Part shown: positions 53,456-64,000 of the stretch, piece after piece
Layout: each line of letters starts with the position of its first letter
Numbering within the stretch: position 1 is the stretch's first letter
NCBI GenBank assembly: GCA_039024555.1
Contig: JBCCQQ010000030.1
Span: 1-64,000 of the forward strand
Direction of reading: 5' to 3'
Length of the DNA stretch: 64,000 nt
Source: Cyanobacteria bacterium P01_D01_bin.156
GTDB lineage: Bacteria > Cyanobacteriota > Cyanobacteriia > Phormidesmidales > Phormidesmidaceae
Translations under genes and position numbers: made by a program
Notes under the pieces: model-generated
Seen by the model: the letters and a program-made list of their open reading frames with translations, nothing else
What the model was told of the DNA's origin: nothing
Databases searched by the model: none

Positions 53456-54703
53456 CTAGGCAATGCTGCCACGTTTACGGGCTTCTTTATAGGAGGTGCC
53501 TACGTTCTGCAAACCAGCACGAATCATTTGCTGTTCCAATAGGGTAAAAAAGCGGTTGCGATCGCCCCCGCGTACTACGGCTTGATTGTGAGCTTCAGCT
53601 AGGGCCACGGGATAGCCAAATCCCTTATTCACTTGGGCTAGGGTAAGACTCAGGGCTGTTTCCCATAGGTCAGTATCCTCCACAACCCAGGCTGGAAACT
53701 CTATTCGAGCCACCTCCACACCCACATGCACGTGGCAAAAGTACACTGAGTGCTCGTCATAGAGCTGCAAAATATCAGCAGAGCTTTTGAATAAAGGCCC
53801 CCGCTGCCCAGGCTCTAACAATGTGGCCCACAGCGTTACATCCCGCAGTGGGGAAAATACCTGGCAGGGAGCACCATCGGTTAGGCCTTCGCAGTGCTTT
53901 TGACAGTCCGGCTGATGGTGTGGACAACTTTGCAATCGCAGAAAATTTAAGGCTTCACTACTACGGGAAGCGCTGATGTAACCCACGACAGGAATGCGCG
54001 CATCGCGCAGCCGAGCCCAGGCTGCCAGAATCGGCTCTAGGATTTGGTCCCGTGCAGTCGCAGGCAGCTGATCTAAAAACCAATAGATTAGTGAACCATC
54101 GGTCATCGCTAAAGTGGGAACAGCCGTTCGCTGCAGCAGAGAAAGTTGCCGAGATTTTTTCTGGGGGGGCAGATAACCCTGTGGGGAATGCTCCCCTGTC
54201 GAGCTATGGACTGTCTCACCCAATTCGCTCAAAACCACAGCTTCTGACACTGTGCGACGGTAGCCCATCCATTCTTCGGTACGAATACCCCACTGCCGCG
54301 ATACATAGAGATCCTCTGGACGGTAGATGACTTCAGGTTGGCTATCCAATCGTGGGAATCGGCTTTGGCCATAGTGCAACACAATACGACCGATGTTGAG
54401 CAGATAGCAGTAGGCGATTTCGTGATGGCTAGGGTTAATCTGAGATCCGTCGGTGGCCATCACTGTATGGGACTCAGGTGCAGGTTTGATGGCTACTCGG
54501 GTATCCAACGGTTCGACAGGTTCAGCCGCGGTGAAGCCGATTTCATTGCTGTGGAGCTGCTCTACGAGGTGGGGGTGTTCCAGACGAGCCTGGTGGAGAA
54601 GCTTGGTTGCGATCGCAATTCTTGTTTTTGCAGCCTCAGCTTCCCTCGCCAGGTGATGACTAATCCCCTGCATCTGCTGTGCAATTTTCGATAGATCCAG
54701 CAT
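53456..54703 (-). CDS. nurA: NurA-family nuclease
   Basis: ATDGSQ, TDGSL, GYPVALAEAHNQAVV. Confidence 0.88.
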   Translation of the reverse strand: MLDLSKIAQQMQGISHHLAREAEAAKTRIAIATKLLHQARLEHPHLVEQLHSNEIGFTAAEPVEPLDTRVAIKPAPESHTVMATDGSQINPSHHEIAYCYLLNIGRIVLHYGQSRFPRLDSQPEVIYRPEDLYVSRQWGIRTEEWMGYRRTVSEAVVLSELGETVHSSTGEHSPQGYLPPQKKSRQLSLLQRTAVPTLAMTDGSLIYWFLDQLPATARDQILEPILAAWARLRDARIPVVGYISASRSSEALNFLRLQSCPHHQPDCQKHCEGLTDGAPCQVFSPLRDVTLWATLLEPGQRGPLFKSSADILQLYDEHSVYFCHVHVGVEVARIEFPAWVVEDTDLWETALSLTLAQVNKGFGYPVALAEAHNQAVVRGGDRNRFFTLLEQQMIRAGLQNVGTSYKEARKRGSIA

Positions 54704-54718
54704 GGTCTTGTGGATGGA

Positions 54719-55495
54719 TTAGGCAGTATCGAACTTTTGTACTACCGTGTCTAACGATAGCAGATGAATTCGATTATCTTCCTGAGCAGTTTGTCGTTCC
54801 GGCTCCAGGTTGTAGCCCCAGTCCGCTAAGAATAGTGCAACGTGATCTAGGTCGGATTGTTGTTTTACGGCTTGCAGCGCTTTAATGCGGTCTTCAATAA
54901 ACCAAATGGTCGGTGGTTGAGTATCCGTGGCGTGCTTGCTTGTGAGCAGGCGCAGAGTCTCATATTTTGGTCGTTTTACCTCTTTACCCAGAATCTTTTC
55001 CGATGGCATTTTCATCCCGCTTTGTTTTAGCAGTTGTTGAATAAAGCGTCCCTCTTTAGTGCTGACAATATAGGTGGGCCGTTTTTCCAAAGACGCTTGC
55101 AGTATCTTCAGCAGGTTGGGATAAAACCGATGCTGAGCCAGCCAGTTATCTAGATCATTGGCAATCCAATGATCGCGCTCGCCATCGAGAATATCGGCGG
55201 CGGCAGCTTTGCTCATAGTCGTTTCCGCCAAAAACGACAGCGCCAGATCTGGCCAACCAGCAATAATGTCTTCCTCAGACTGTTCGGAGACTAAGGCCCG
55301 CAGCAACATGGGCATTTCCCAGCCAGTTTCAATTACCGGACGCAGAGGATAAAATTTCTCAGCTAACCCAATAGGGGGGTCTAAACTTTTAGGTTTAAAC
55401 AGCTTGCAGTATGCCCGCCATGCTGTCTGAAAATATTCGACTAATCCGTCACAAATTACCCCATCAAAATCAAAGGCCACCACATCCGGTTGCAT
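54719..55495 (-). CDS. HAD-family hydrolase
   Basis: FDFDGVICD, STKE, FIEDR. Confidence 0.88.
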   Translation of the reverse strand: MQPDVVAFDFDGVICDGLVEYFQTAWRAYCKLFKPKSLDPPIGLAEKFYPLRPVIETGWEMPMLLRALVSEQSEEDIIAGWPDLALSFLAETTMSKAAAADILDGERDHWIANDLDNWLAQHRFYPNLLKILQASLEKRPTYIVSTKEGRFIQQLLKQSGMKMPSEKILGKEVKRPKYETLRLLTSKHATDTQPPTIWFIEDRIKALQAVKQQSDLDHVALFLADWGYNLEPERQTAQEDNRIHLLSLDTVVQKFDTA

Positions 55496-55810
55496 TTCTC
55501 TATTTCCTCACAGCATATGTGCAACCATACCGGAGGAACGGTCTGGTAACAGGCGTCCTCATTACAATAGGAACAATGGCTGGGATCTATCGATGATCCA
55601 AGTCATTGCAGTCCGCTATTTGACCTTGGGATAGTGCCTCGCCCATACAGCGGATGTACGCTGCGAACTGTTCAGTGGACTATGGTAAACATGTCCCAGA
55701 ATCTGATGATAGTAATGATATTGCTACATGCCTGTTGTTTGCTTTAGCAAAACACCTCCAGTAAGGCTTTTGGCCTATGCCTCACCCTAAATTTTTAGCT
55801 TGAGGCAGCA

Positions 55811-57349
55811 CTAAAAGCGCTCGCCAATCTTAAAGATGACCTGGGAGTTCGCTTCATCATTAAGGCCAAACTCAAGTCGGACGGTACCGATGGAGGTCAA
55901 CGCCCGTATCCCTGCACCATAACCAAACCCATCGCCGGGCTTATCACGAGCCTCAGCCGGTTCACCAATCACCTTGTCAGCGGTGCCCAGGTCAGACGCG
56001 TAGTCAAAAAACAGGGTGCCGCCCACATCGATATTGTCATCCAAGGCACTAAAGTTAAACATGGGAAAGCGATATTCAGCCGTGGCCTGCACAAAGCTTT
56101 CACCTGTGCCCAGTTCTCCGGAACTGTAGCCGCGAACAGAACTAGAACCTCCCAGAGTAAAGGCCTCATAGGGAGGAGTGTCATCGCCAATGATGGTGCC
56201 CCCCTGGACATTTAGCACCAGGGTGCGAGGTCCTTCAATAAACCCAAACAGATTTAAAGGGACAAACTGAGTGTAGTTGGCACTAAGACGATTAAAAAAA
56301 ATGTCAGCATCACCAATGGGGATGGATTGATCGGTACCAAACAGCAGTCGATACCCTTTCGTCGGATTATCGTCGTCATCTCGACGATCCAACTCACCGA
56401 CCAAACTTACCGTCAACAGGTCATCCTGGCCGCTATCACTGACCGTTAGCGAGTTCCCTAGCTCGTCTTCGTCAAACACATCGTTGGTAAACGCGTCGTC
56501 TCTAACGGAAATACGCTGATAAGACACTCCTAGGGCTGCTTCCAAATCATCAGCTATGGGGCGAAAATACTCGACGCCACCTCCTAGACGATGCACCCAA
56601 GGATCGTCGCCGTTGGCCAAGTCAACCTCAGTATCGCCACCCTCAAATTCTGGCTCAATGCCGCGCCGATTTTGAAAATTGAGACCGTAGCCTGAACCAT
56701 CTTCAAAAAACTGCCTAAAGTCGACTTCAGCTCCTACGGTATTCTCACCACCCAACAGACCGACTGTCAGCCTTTGATTATTGTCGCCAATATTATCGAT
56801 TCCACCATGAACCTTTACTGAAAACCCACGGGCGCTATTGCTAGAGGCCCTAACCGTATTGGGACGCAGGGGACCCGACAGGGCCGTGGGGCGGGGCAAA
56901 CTACCAAAGCCGTAGAAAAATGAATTGGGTTCTTCGGCGGTCACCACCATGACGATTTGACTAGGATCGGCGGCAGGTTCAAGGGTGAGCATGACCCGTT
57001 CAGCCATACCAGCCAGCTGGCTCAGGTCCGCCTGGGCTAAGTCTGCATCGTAAATATCCCCAGGCTGCAGTTGAAAGGTCTGGAGAATGTCGGCAACGGA
57101 GACATAGGCGGCCTCTGCCGTATCAATTACCCGCAGCTGAATATCGGCAATCACCTCACCATTTCCCTGAGGGACTGTAAGTTCAGCAGTGGAGGCATTA
57201 GCCGGGAATGCTGCGGTCGACGCCACAACATCCATTGTTTGTCCCCAGGCAGTCGTTGTAAACCCTAGATGGCCAGCAGTTAGCCCTAAGGTTGTTGCTA
57301 AAAGCCACTTAAGCTGGCCTGGAGAGAGTAACCGTAAATTTATTTTCAT
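55811..57349 (-). CDS. Omp85 (BamA/TamA-like) outer-membrane protein with a short N-terminal region
   Basis: Signal peptide, LGGSSSVRGY motif, C-terminal FKIGERF. Confidence 0.88.
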   Translation of the reverse strand: MKINLRLLSPGQLKWLLATTLGLTAGHLGFTTTAWGQTMDVVASTAAFPANASTAELTVPQGNGEVIADIQLRVIDTAEAAYVSVADILQTFQLQPGDIYDADLAQADLSQLAGMAERVMLTLEPAADPSQIVMVVTAEEPNSFFYGFGSLPRPTALSGPLRPNTVRASSNSARGFSVKVHGGIDNIGDNNQRLTVGLLGGENTVGAEVDFRQFFEDGSGYGLNFQNRRGIEPEFEGGDTEVDLANGDDPWVHRLGGGVEYFRPIADDLEAALGVSYQRISVRDDAFTNDVFDEDELGNSLTVSDSGQDDLLTVSLVGELDRRDDDDNPTKGYRLLFGTDQSIPIGDADIFFNRLSANYTQFVPLNLFGFIEGPRTLVLNVQGGTIIGDDTPPYEAFTLGGSSSVRGYSSGELGTGESFVQATAEYRFPMFNFSALDDNIDVGGTLFFDYASDLGTADKVIGEPAEARDKPGDGFGYGAGIRALTSIGTVRLEFGLNDEANSQVIFKIGERF

Positions 57350-57658
57350 AAGATTTTAAGAACGGTACAGCTTGAAAGAGGATTAAAGCGTTTACTGAAG
57401 TTATGTAGAGTGAGACAAATATAGGTGCCGGATCACGTACGGTGGTCCGTGATCGTAATAGAGGCCCCAAGCAAACACCCAAGGCCTCAGGGTGTAGAAG
57501 CACCTGATTCCAAACCCCACATCACTCTATACCAAAGAAAGTGATGCAATGTTGTCAATTAATTAACTCTGGTGAGTTCTATGGTTGCAAGTAACCAGAG
57601 TAGAATGAAGGGCCTAGAATAAATACGCTGTGTAAATTTCAAGGGCACAGACAGGCAT

Positions 57659-59566
57659 ATGAGCAACTCTATTGAGTTTCTGGATGAATTTGATGTGGTG
57701 GTGATTGGTGCAGGCCATGCTGGCTGCGAAGCCGCCTTGGCTTCAGCGCGTCTGGGTGCCCGTACACTGCTGCTAACGCTTAATCTAGATAGAATTGCCT
57801 GGCAGCCCTGTAACCCAGCTGTAGGCGGCCCTGCTAAGTCACAGCTAACCCACGAGGTGGATGCCCTCGGTGGCGAAATTGGCAAAATGGCTGATCGCAC
57901 CTATTTACAAAAGCGGGTGCTGAATAATTCTCGTGGCCCTGCGGTCTGGGCCTTGCGTGCCCAAACCGATAAGCGGGAATATGCTGCCATCATGAAAACC
58001 ATCGTGGAAAACCAGGAGAATCTGGTGCTACGCGAAGGGATGGCAACGGATCTAATCCTGGGTAACAACGATGAAGTGATCGGTGTTCAAACCTATTTTG
58101 GTGTAGCATTTCGCTGTAAGTCTGTGATTCTCACCACGGGCACATTTCTGGGGGGGGTAATTTGGGTCGGCGACAAATCCATGGCTGCCGGTCGGGCTGG
58201 TGAATTTGCCGCTGTGGGATTGACTGAAACCCTAAATAAGCTGGGCTTTGAAACCGGGCGACTGAAGACAGGGACCCCAGCTCGTGTGGACCGTCGTACC
58301 ATCAACTTTGCTGTGTTAGAACCCCAGCCCAGCGATCCAGATGTGCGCTGGTTTAGTTTCGACCCGGATGTGTGGGTGGAGCGGGAACCCATGGATTGTC
58401 ACCTAACTCGCACAACAGCAGAGACCCATCGCATTATTCAAGAGAATCTCCACATGTCCCCCATCTATGGTGGCTGGGTGGATTCCAAGGGACCGCGTTA
58501 CTGTCCAAGCATCGAAGATAAGATTGTTCGCTTTGCTGACAAAGAGAGTCATCAAATCTTTTTAGAGCCGGAAGGACGGACGATTCCTGAGATTTATGTA
58601 CAGGGATTCTCCACGGGATTACCAGAGACTATCCAGCTGGCAATGCTGCGTAGTTTGCCGGGTTTAGAAAAATGCTCCATGCTGCGTCCCGCCTATGCGG
58701 TGGAGTATGACTATTTACCAGCCACCCAGTGTTTCCCTACACTGATGACTAAAAAGATTGAAGGATTGTTCTGCGCTGGACAAATCAATGGCACCACAGG
58801 TTACGAAGAAGCTGCCGCCCAGGGGTTTGTGGCAGGGCTAAATTCTGTTCGCTTTGCTCGGGGGCAGGATATGATTATCTTCCCTCGTGAAGGCAGCTAC
58901 ATTGGCACCTTAATTGACGATCTGTGTACTAAGGACTTGCGGGAGCCCTACCGGATGCTCACATCTCGGTCGGAGTATCGTTTAGTTCTACGGTCGGACA
59001 ATGCGGACCAGCGGTTAACTCCCTTAGGCCGAGAGATTGGTCTGATTGATGACCGTCGGTGGGAATTGTACACCCGCAAGCAGGAAAATATTGCAGCGGA
59101 GAAAGAGCGGCTACATAGTACTCGCGTAAAAGCCCACGAGCCAGTGGGAAAGCAGATTGTGGCGGATACAGGGCAGAAAATAAAGGATGCGATCGCACTT
59201 GCCGACCTGCTCCGTCGTCCCCGGTTCCACTATGCCCATCTAGAACAGTACAACCTAGGCAACCCCGAACTTACCCGTGCCGAAAAAGAAGGAGCTGAAA
59301 TCGATATTAAATACTCCGGCTATATTCAGCGGCAGCAAAAGCAGATTGATCAAGTCGCTAAGCAGCAAAACCGTAAGCTTCCCCCCAATCTGGATTACAT
59401 GGCCATTGACACCCTATCCATGGAAGCTCGCGAAAAACTCAACGCTGTTAGCCCCTTAACCGTCGGTCAAGCGACCCGCATTGGTGGTGTCAATCCAGCA
59501 GACATCAATGCATTACTGGTGCATCTAGAAATCAAGGAACGTCAGAAAGAAGCCCTAGCCAAGTAA
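57659..59566 (+). CDS. mnmG: tRNA uridine-5-carboxymethylaminomethyl modification enzyme
   Basis: [44 protein letters not shown]. Confidence 0.97.
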   Translation: MSNSIEFLDEFDVVVIGAGHAGCEAALASARLGARTLLLTLNLDRIAWQPCNPAVGGPAKSQLTHEVDALGGEIGKMADRTYLQKRVLNNSRGPAVWALRAQTDKREYAAIMKTIVENQENLVLREGMATDLILGNNDEVIGVQTYFGVAFRCKSVILTTGTFLGGVIWVGDKSMAAGRAGEFAAVGLTETLNKLGFETGRLKTGTPARVDRRTINFAVLEPQPSDPDVRWFSFDPDVWVEREPMDCHLTRTTAETHRIIQENLHMSPIYGGWVDSKGPRYCPSIEDKIVRFADKESHQIFLEPEGRTIPEIYVQGFSTGLPETIQLAMLRSLPGLEKCSMLRPAYAVEYDYLPATQCFPTLMTKKIEGLFCAGQINGTTGYEEAAAQGFVAGLNSVRFARGQDMIIFPREGSYIGTLIDDLCTKDLREPYRMLTSRSEYRLVLRSDNADQRLTPLGREIGLIDDRRWELYTRKQENIAAEKERLHSTRVKAHEPVGKQIVADTGQKIKDAIALADLLRRPRFHYAHLEQYNLGNPELTRAEKEGAEIDIKYSGYIQRQQKQIDQVAKQQNRKLPPNLDYMAIDTLSMEAREKLNAVSPLTVGQATRIGGVNPADINALLVHLEIKERQKEALAK

Positions 59567-59699
59567 CCCTAGACATAGGTCTGATGCCTGTTCTGAGATA
59601 TTCCCCGAGGCGGCAACAAAAAAGGTGCTAGCCCCAAGGCCAGCACCAGAGTTGACGTACCTAACAAACTTCTAGAGAGGAGAGAATTCTCTAATCAAA

Positions 59700-60146
59700 C
59701 TAAGCGGCGGTGGTCTCTACAGTGACCGTCGTCGTTGGTTCAGACACTACGGTATGTACCTCAGTTTCCTGCTCGATGAGGCCAGCGGGCTCAGCTTCTA
59801 CGGTCTCATCAGTCTGGCCAAATAACGTTGCCTTAATGGCGTCGACAATAGCCTGCAGCTTTAGCTTAAAGCGAGCGATAATATCCTGCTCATCATTCGC
59901 AGTGTCTTGAGCCGCTTGCTTCGCATTGTCATAGGCTTCCTGGCCTTTTTCTTTAACCACTTCAACAGCATTACCGGCTAGATCTTTTGCAAGGGGACGA
60001 ACGGTGCTAGCACCTTCTTTTACTTCAGTCACTGCTTCAGAAAAAGCAGCCTTGAGGATATCAGCAATCTTTTGAGTGCGTTGACCACCTTCATCTTTAA
60101 TGGACTGAAAGTTGTTGTTAACTGCTTGAGCGTTAGTAGAAGTCAT
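59700..60146 (-). CDS. Hypothetical helical protein
   Basis: 148 aa from MTSTNAQ; co-oriented downstream of the YkvA gene. Confidence 0.7.
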   Translation of the reverse strand: MTSTNAQAVNNNFQSIKDEGGQRTQKIADILKAAFSEAVTEVKEGASTVRPLAKDLAGNAVEVVKEKGQEAYDNAKQAAQDTANDEQDIIARFKLKLQAIVDAIKATLFGQTDETVEAEPAGLIEQETEVHTVVSEPTTTVTVETTAA

Positions 60147-60218
60147 GATTCTGTACCTTTTAATAGATTGTGAATTGGAAATTGAACATGCAAGTGACAA
60201 ACCGACTAGAAGACCGGA

Positions 60219-60548
60219 TTAACTTACAGATACCGCCTCTACATCAACCACCTGCTCGGTTGTGGTGGCGGTATCAGCGGAGCTAGAAGCCTCTTCTTGA
60301 TTCTTTTTCTTAGAGGCATTTACCTGCTCGAACAAGAGTTGAGACACTTCAGTAACTAGCAGCGTGGCAATGATGCCATCATCAAGCCAGCCAATAATTG
60401 GGAAAACATCTGGCGAAATATCAAGGGGGCTAACAAGATAGAGTAGGCTACCGAAAACAACAAGCCAACGATATTTAGAATTGCGAATAGCGTTGCGGTA
60501 CCAGTTGCGTAGACCTTCGATGATAGTTTGCTGTGCAGGTGTTTTCAT
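60219..60548 (-). CDS. YkvA/DUF1232 family membrane protein
   Basis: YLVSPLDISPDVFPIIGWLDD. Confidence 0.85.
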   Translation of the reverse strand: MKTPAQQTIIEGLRNWYRNAIRNSKYRWLVVFGSLLYLVSPLDISPDVFPIIGWLDDGIIATLLVTEVSQLLFEQVNASKKKNQEEASSSADTATTTEQVVDVEAVSVS

Positions 60549-60673
60549 GGGTTGTGTCTCTTTTGCTCGACAAATTCATAATCGCAAAGGGAGAGAAATG
60601 GCGCAGGTGGTGAATTCCCCCAACCCATGGGGTAAAATTACACCGACATTACCGTATACGGTTTTCCACTAGC

Positions 60674-61180
60674 ATGGCTCAATCCACTGTTTCTAAAGTG
60701 TTTCGGAAGTTTATAGCGATCGCACTTTTAGCTGTTTTAGTATTACTTGTGCCAGTACTAAAAGTGTCTTTTCCGTTTTTTGGGTCTATGTCTATGGCAA
60801 ATGCTGCTCCCCATAACAATTTTCGACGACCTCAGATTAAGGGCGACGCTGCGTTGATGGAGGCATATCGCAATGGTGAGTCGGATCTGATTGTGGAAGG
60901 TCAGGGGCAGGTGGAAAAGCTACTGCCAGACGACTTGGAAGGTTCCAAGCATCAGAAGTTTATTCTGCGACTCGCTTCTGGGCAGTCACTATTGGTGAGT
61001 CATAACATTGATAGTGATGTATCCCCTCGCATTGCTGATTTACGAGAAGGCGATAGGGTGAAGTTTAAGGGGGAATATGAGTGGAACGACCGAGGCGGGG
61101 TGTTGCATTGGACCCACGATGACCCTAGGGATTGGCATGCGGATGGGTGGATTGAGCATAAGGGGGTGAGATATGAGTGA
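60674..61180 (+). CDS. DUF3465 family exported protein
   Basis: LLPDDLEGSKHQKFIL...HNID...GEYEW..RGGVLHWTH. Confidence 0.8.
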   Translation: MAQSTVSKVFRKFIAIALLAVLVLLVPVLKVSFPFFGSMSMANAAPHNNFRRPQIKGDAALMEAYRNGESDLIVEGQGQVEKLLPDDLEGSKHQKFILRLASGQSLLVSHNIDSDVSPRIADLREGDRVKFKGEYEWNDRGGVLHWTHDDPRDWHADGWIEHKGVRYE

Positions 61181-61244
61181 GGTGATGAGTTGTTGTCGTT
61201 AACGTGAAACTGACCAGTAGTCAGTCAAACTTTCGGAGTAACAC

Positions 61245-61886
61245 ATGGGTCGCTACTTAAGGCAGAGAAGGTTTCTACCCATCAGTCGGTCAGTTCGGCA
61301 GTTTATCGTGCTGATTGTTGGTGTCCTGCTAGTGGCTGTTTTTATAGGTGTCTACACGTGGTTTGGTCCTGACACTGGCAACATAATTCGGGCTACTGCT
61401 GATGATGTACCTAAGTTTGCTTTGTTGTCAAAAGAGGAAACGGTTGCGGAATTAGGAAAAATTATTAAGTCCCAAAGCCATAGGGATTACCAAGTGACGG
61501 TGGAACTCTTACAAGATGGAAACTTAAAAACTGTCTTGAAAAGTCGTAACAGTGACTACGAAAGTACAAGTATTATTCCTCTGTCTCAACTCGATACTTT
61601 TTTCTACGCTGAGCAAGCGCCCAAAGGAAAACGAACCTGGAATATAGATGTCTTCTGTGCTAACTATCAGGAGTGCATTACTAGTTCGACTAATCGCTCA
61701 AAAGGCACCTTCACCCTGAATGCTGATGCAATTTTTTATATTGCACCCGATGGGGATGTTCCGCAAATACTTGGGTTACTGAATCGATTGTTCGAACTTC
61801 ATGGAGCCCAAAACACTATTGATACTAGCAAAAACACATTTCGTATTTCCGAGGAGTATTGGCGACGCTTCACCGATGATCTCTAA
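61245..61886 (+). CDS. Hypothetical membrane-anchored protein
   Basis: GGAG RBS, N-terminal TM helix, 213 aa. Confidence 0.65.
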   Translation: MGRYLRQRRFLPISRSVRQFIVLIVGVLLVAVFIGVYTWFGPDTGNIIRATADDVPKFALLSKEETVAELGKIIKSQSHRDYQVTVELLQDGNLKTVLKSRNSDYESTSIIPLSQLDTFFYAEQAPKGKRTWNIDVFCANYQECITSSTNRSKGTFTLNADAIFYIAPDGDVPQILGLLNRLFELHGAQNTIDTSKNTFRISEEYWRRFTDDL

Positions 61887-62127
61887 GGAGTAGCCGTGTA
61901 CAAAAGGTCGCTCTAAGCCTTTTTCTGGAGACACGTTGAACGCAACCCTTGAAAATAGGCTTACGGTCTAGCCTCTTTCGTAGCTCAACCAATACAGGAG
62001 CAATAAATCGTGAGCTGAAGCAGGGTTTCAAGCTTTTAAAGGCTGAAATCACTGTATACCAAAGTATTGCAGTCTTACTGGAAAAAACAACTATACTACT
62101 TTGCACAGTTTCAGTAGAGCATAATTG

Positions 62128-62739
62128 TTATGCATTTTCTCTTGCCATTTTGATGTAGCCAGGAATACTTTCAAAATCCCTAAACCATCGCTGAATATTC
62201 ACATACTCAGATAGGTCAAATCCACCCTCATCTGCTACGTGGGTATATGCATACAGACTAATATCGGCAATCGTCGCTTTCTCCCCGAGAAAGAACGTAT
62301 TCTCAGCAAGTTGTTTCTCCATCACAGCTAGTGCTTTATGCCCACCAACTTGTTTAGCACGATATTCCCCTTCTCGCTCTTGGGGTAAACCTAGATATTT
62401 GTTGATGTATCTCGCAGTAGCTATGTAGGGCTCATGGCTATACTGCTCAAAAAACTGCCATTGCAATACCTTGGCTCTTTGATAGTTCTCCTGAGGAAGA
62501 AAATCAGACCCTTCTGCCACATAGTTCAGGATTGCATTAGACTCCCAGAGATATTTGCCATCTTCTAGTTTAATGACGGGTATTCTCGCATTGGGATTCA
62601 TTTGCTTAAACTCTTCAGTGTGAGTTTCACTGGCAAGAATATCAACGTGAATCCATGTATGTTTAATGTCGAGAAACTGCATTAACAACTTGATTTTGTA
62701 GCAATTGCCCGACAACATGTCTCCAAAAACTGTATACAT
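62128..62739 (-). CDS. Glutathione S-transferase family protein
   Basis: SGNCYK, NPNARIP, ESNAIL, TIADISLYAY. Confidence 0.9.
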   Translation of the reverse strand: MYTVFGDMLSGNCYKIKLLMQFLDIKHTWIHVDILASETHTEEFKQMNPNARIPVIKLEDGKYLWESNAILNYVAEGSDFLPQENYQRAKVLQWQFFEQYSHEPYIATARYINKYLGLPQEREGEYRAKQVGGHKALAVMEKQLAENTFFLGEKATIADISLYAYTHVADEGGFDLSEYVNIQRWFRDFESIPGYIKMARENA

Positions 62740-62786
62740 ACAAGCTGTCTACCCCAGGTAAATACTACTCCAACTCATTAAGATAG

Positions 62787-63014
62787 CTATGAAAAAGCTT
62801 GAATCATCAAGAAAGCCGCCATTCCATAAACAAAGATGGCTCCAATGATGCCCATTGTAATGCCAAACCAAAAACTTCCAGGTGATTGTTCTCGGTAGAG
62901 TCGATACCCATGCTTGCCACGGATAAATCCTACGCGAATATCCCTGACGATTAACTTCAACATGCCAGTGCTGACAACGATGCACCAAATACTCAGACAA
63001 AAGAAGAGAATCAT
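62787..63014 (-). CDS. Small hypothetical membrane protein
   Basis: 75 aa, two hydrophobic segments, YREQSPGSFW. Confidence 0.5.
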   Translation of the reverse strand: MILFFCLSIWCIVVSTGMLKLIVRDIRVGFIRGKHGYRLYREQSPGSFWFGITMGIIGAIFVYGMAAFLMIQAFS

Positions 63015-63062
63015 TGCCAGATTCTAAAGAACGCGGGTATTAGCCTCAAGGTGCCCAGGATA

Positions 63063-63100
63063 GTCCATAGCAGGGGTGCGATCGCACCCCTGCTATGGAC
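63063..63100. repeat. Perfect 38-bp palindrome centred on HIP1
   Basis: GTCCATAGCAGGGGT-GCGATCGC-ACCCCTGCTATGGAC. Confidence 0.9.
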
Positions 63101-63403
63101 GTCCTTGAACTTTCGGTAATTCTATAGTTGCTCTTCGTACCATGCGTCCTGTCCTGGACCGCTGCACATTCGATAGTATCGAGCACCAAACAACTTCTCT
63201 GACGTCGACCCAACCATAAAGCTAAGGTCGCCCCACATTTGGGTATTTATTTCACGGCCCACAGCATTGCCCACTCCGCTAACTGTGACCCATTCTTACA
63301 AACCGTTGCGAATCGTTGAGTTTAGGCGGTGTCGCATTAAGCCTCCCATATTCTGAGAATCGGGCCATTGCCCTCACCCACCCCAGACCTTGGAGCGCTA
63401 TTT

Positions 63404-64000
63404 ATGAAACTGGCTTATTGGATGTATGCAGGCCCAGCCCACATTGGCACCCTGCGCATTGCCAGCTCATTTAAAAATGTTCATGCCATTATGCATGCCC
63501 CCCTGGGGGATGACTACTTTAATGTCATGCGTTCCATGCTGTCCCGCGAACGGGATTTTACCCCAGTTACTACCAGTGTTGTGGACCGTCATGTACTGGC
63601 GCGGGGCTCCCAAGAAAAGGTGGTGGATAATATCACCCGTAAGGATAAGGAAGAACATCCCGATCTGATTGTCCTGACCCCCACTTGTACCTCTAGCATT
63701 CTGCAAGAAGATCTGGCCAACTTTGTTGAGCGGGCACAAATGGATGCGGACGGCGATGTGATGCTGGCGGATGTAAACCACTATCGCGCCAATGAGCTTC
63801 AGGCAGCTGATCGCACATTGCAACAAATTGTTGAATTTTATCTTAAGAAAGCGGCCAAACAGGGAGACTTGCCGGAGGGAAGAACAGAACAGCCGTCGGT
63901 CAATATTATTGGCATTACCACCCTCGGTTTTCACAACAATCATGATATTACCGAGCTCAAGCGACTGATGGCGGATCTCGGTATTGCTGTGAATGCCGTG
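63404..64000 (+). CDS. chlB: Light-independent protochlorophyllide reductase subunit B (5' part; runs off the window)
   Basis: Manual translation [46 protein letters not shown]... Confidence 0.96.
   Translation, partial: MKLAYWMYAGPAHIGTLRIASSFKNVHAIMHAPLGDDYFNVMRSMLSRERDFTPVTTSVVDRHVLARGSQEKVVDNITRKDKEEHPDLIVLTPTCTSSILQEDLANFVERAQMDADGDVMLADVNHYRANELQAADRTLQQIVEFYLKKAAKQGDLPEGRTEQPSVNIIGITTLGFHNNHDITELKRLMADLGIAVNAV

Noticed and set aside
53456..55495. NurA plus HAD as a defence system
   Set aside because: This pairing is a common cyanobacterial housekeeping arrangement, with no adjacent HerA or other defence genes.
61887..62127. Possible IS remnant between convergent genes
   Set aside because: The terminal inverted similarity is too weak and no target duplication was found.
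280..62158. Numerous 60-140 aa track ORFs overlapping well-supported genes
   Set aside because: Antisense or alternate-frame shadows with no independent motifs.
63123..63275. Small minus-strand ORF ending ...AWYEEQL before the HIP1 palindrome
   Set aside because: No RBS or motif support.
63426..63943. Track ORFs 63426-63668 (+) and 63467-63943 (-)
   Set aside because: Shadow frames of chlB, which the track misses because it runs off the window.

Overview
Chromosomal window of a cyanobacterium: it carries photosystem genes, more than 20 HIP1 GCGATCGC sites and an NtcA promoter. Most of it is core genome: cobA-hemD/coaE, ureEFG, urtABCDE, purU, fur/futA, ndhCKJ, rubA-ycf48-psbEFLJ-psaI, serS-rseP-nth-rpsN, nurA, mnmG and the start of chlB. 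Accessory patches sit at 1-4400, 11.5-16.4 kb, 38.5-45.4 kb, 48.4-50.3 kb and 60.6-63.1 kb. Five small genes missing from the ORF track were found by reading the sequence: psbF, psbL, psbJ, a divergent psaI and a probable atpT (AtpTheta). Main observations: (1) a PEP-CTERM gene and an orphan ABC ATPase appear fused tail-to-tail exactly at a HIP1 site; (2) a ~91-bp MITE family with 8-bp target-site duplications, plus a 250-bp relative; (3) a 1-nt frameshift in the furA orthologue; (4) a truncated or interrupted hsdM; (5) an uncharacterised two-gene module of a Cys-rich MarR regulator and a secreted His/Asp-rich protein, with a visible promoter and operator; (6) UrtD fused to a TerB-like domain; (7) a CheB/CheR-kinase, response regulator and c-di-GMP cluster with a REC-PAS-TPR paralog. 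No tRNA, rRNA, CRISPR array or intact transposase was seen. All assignments come from manual motif recognition; no database searches were run.
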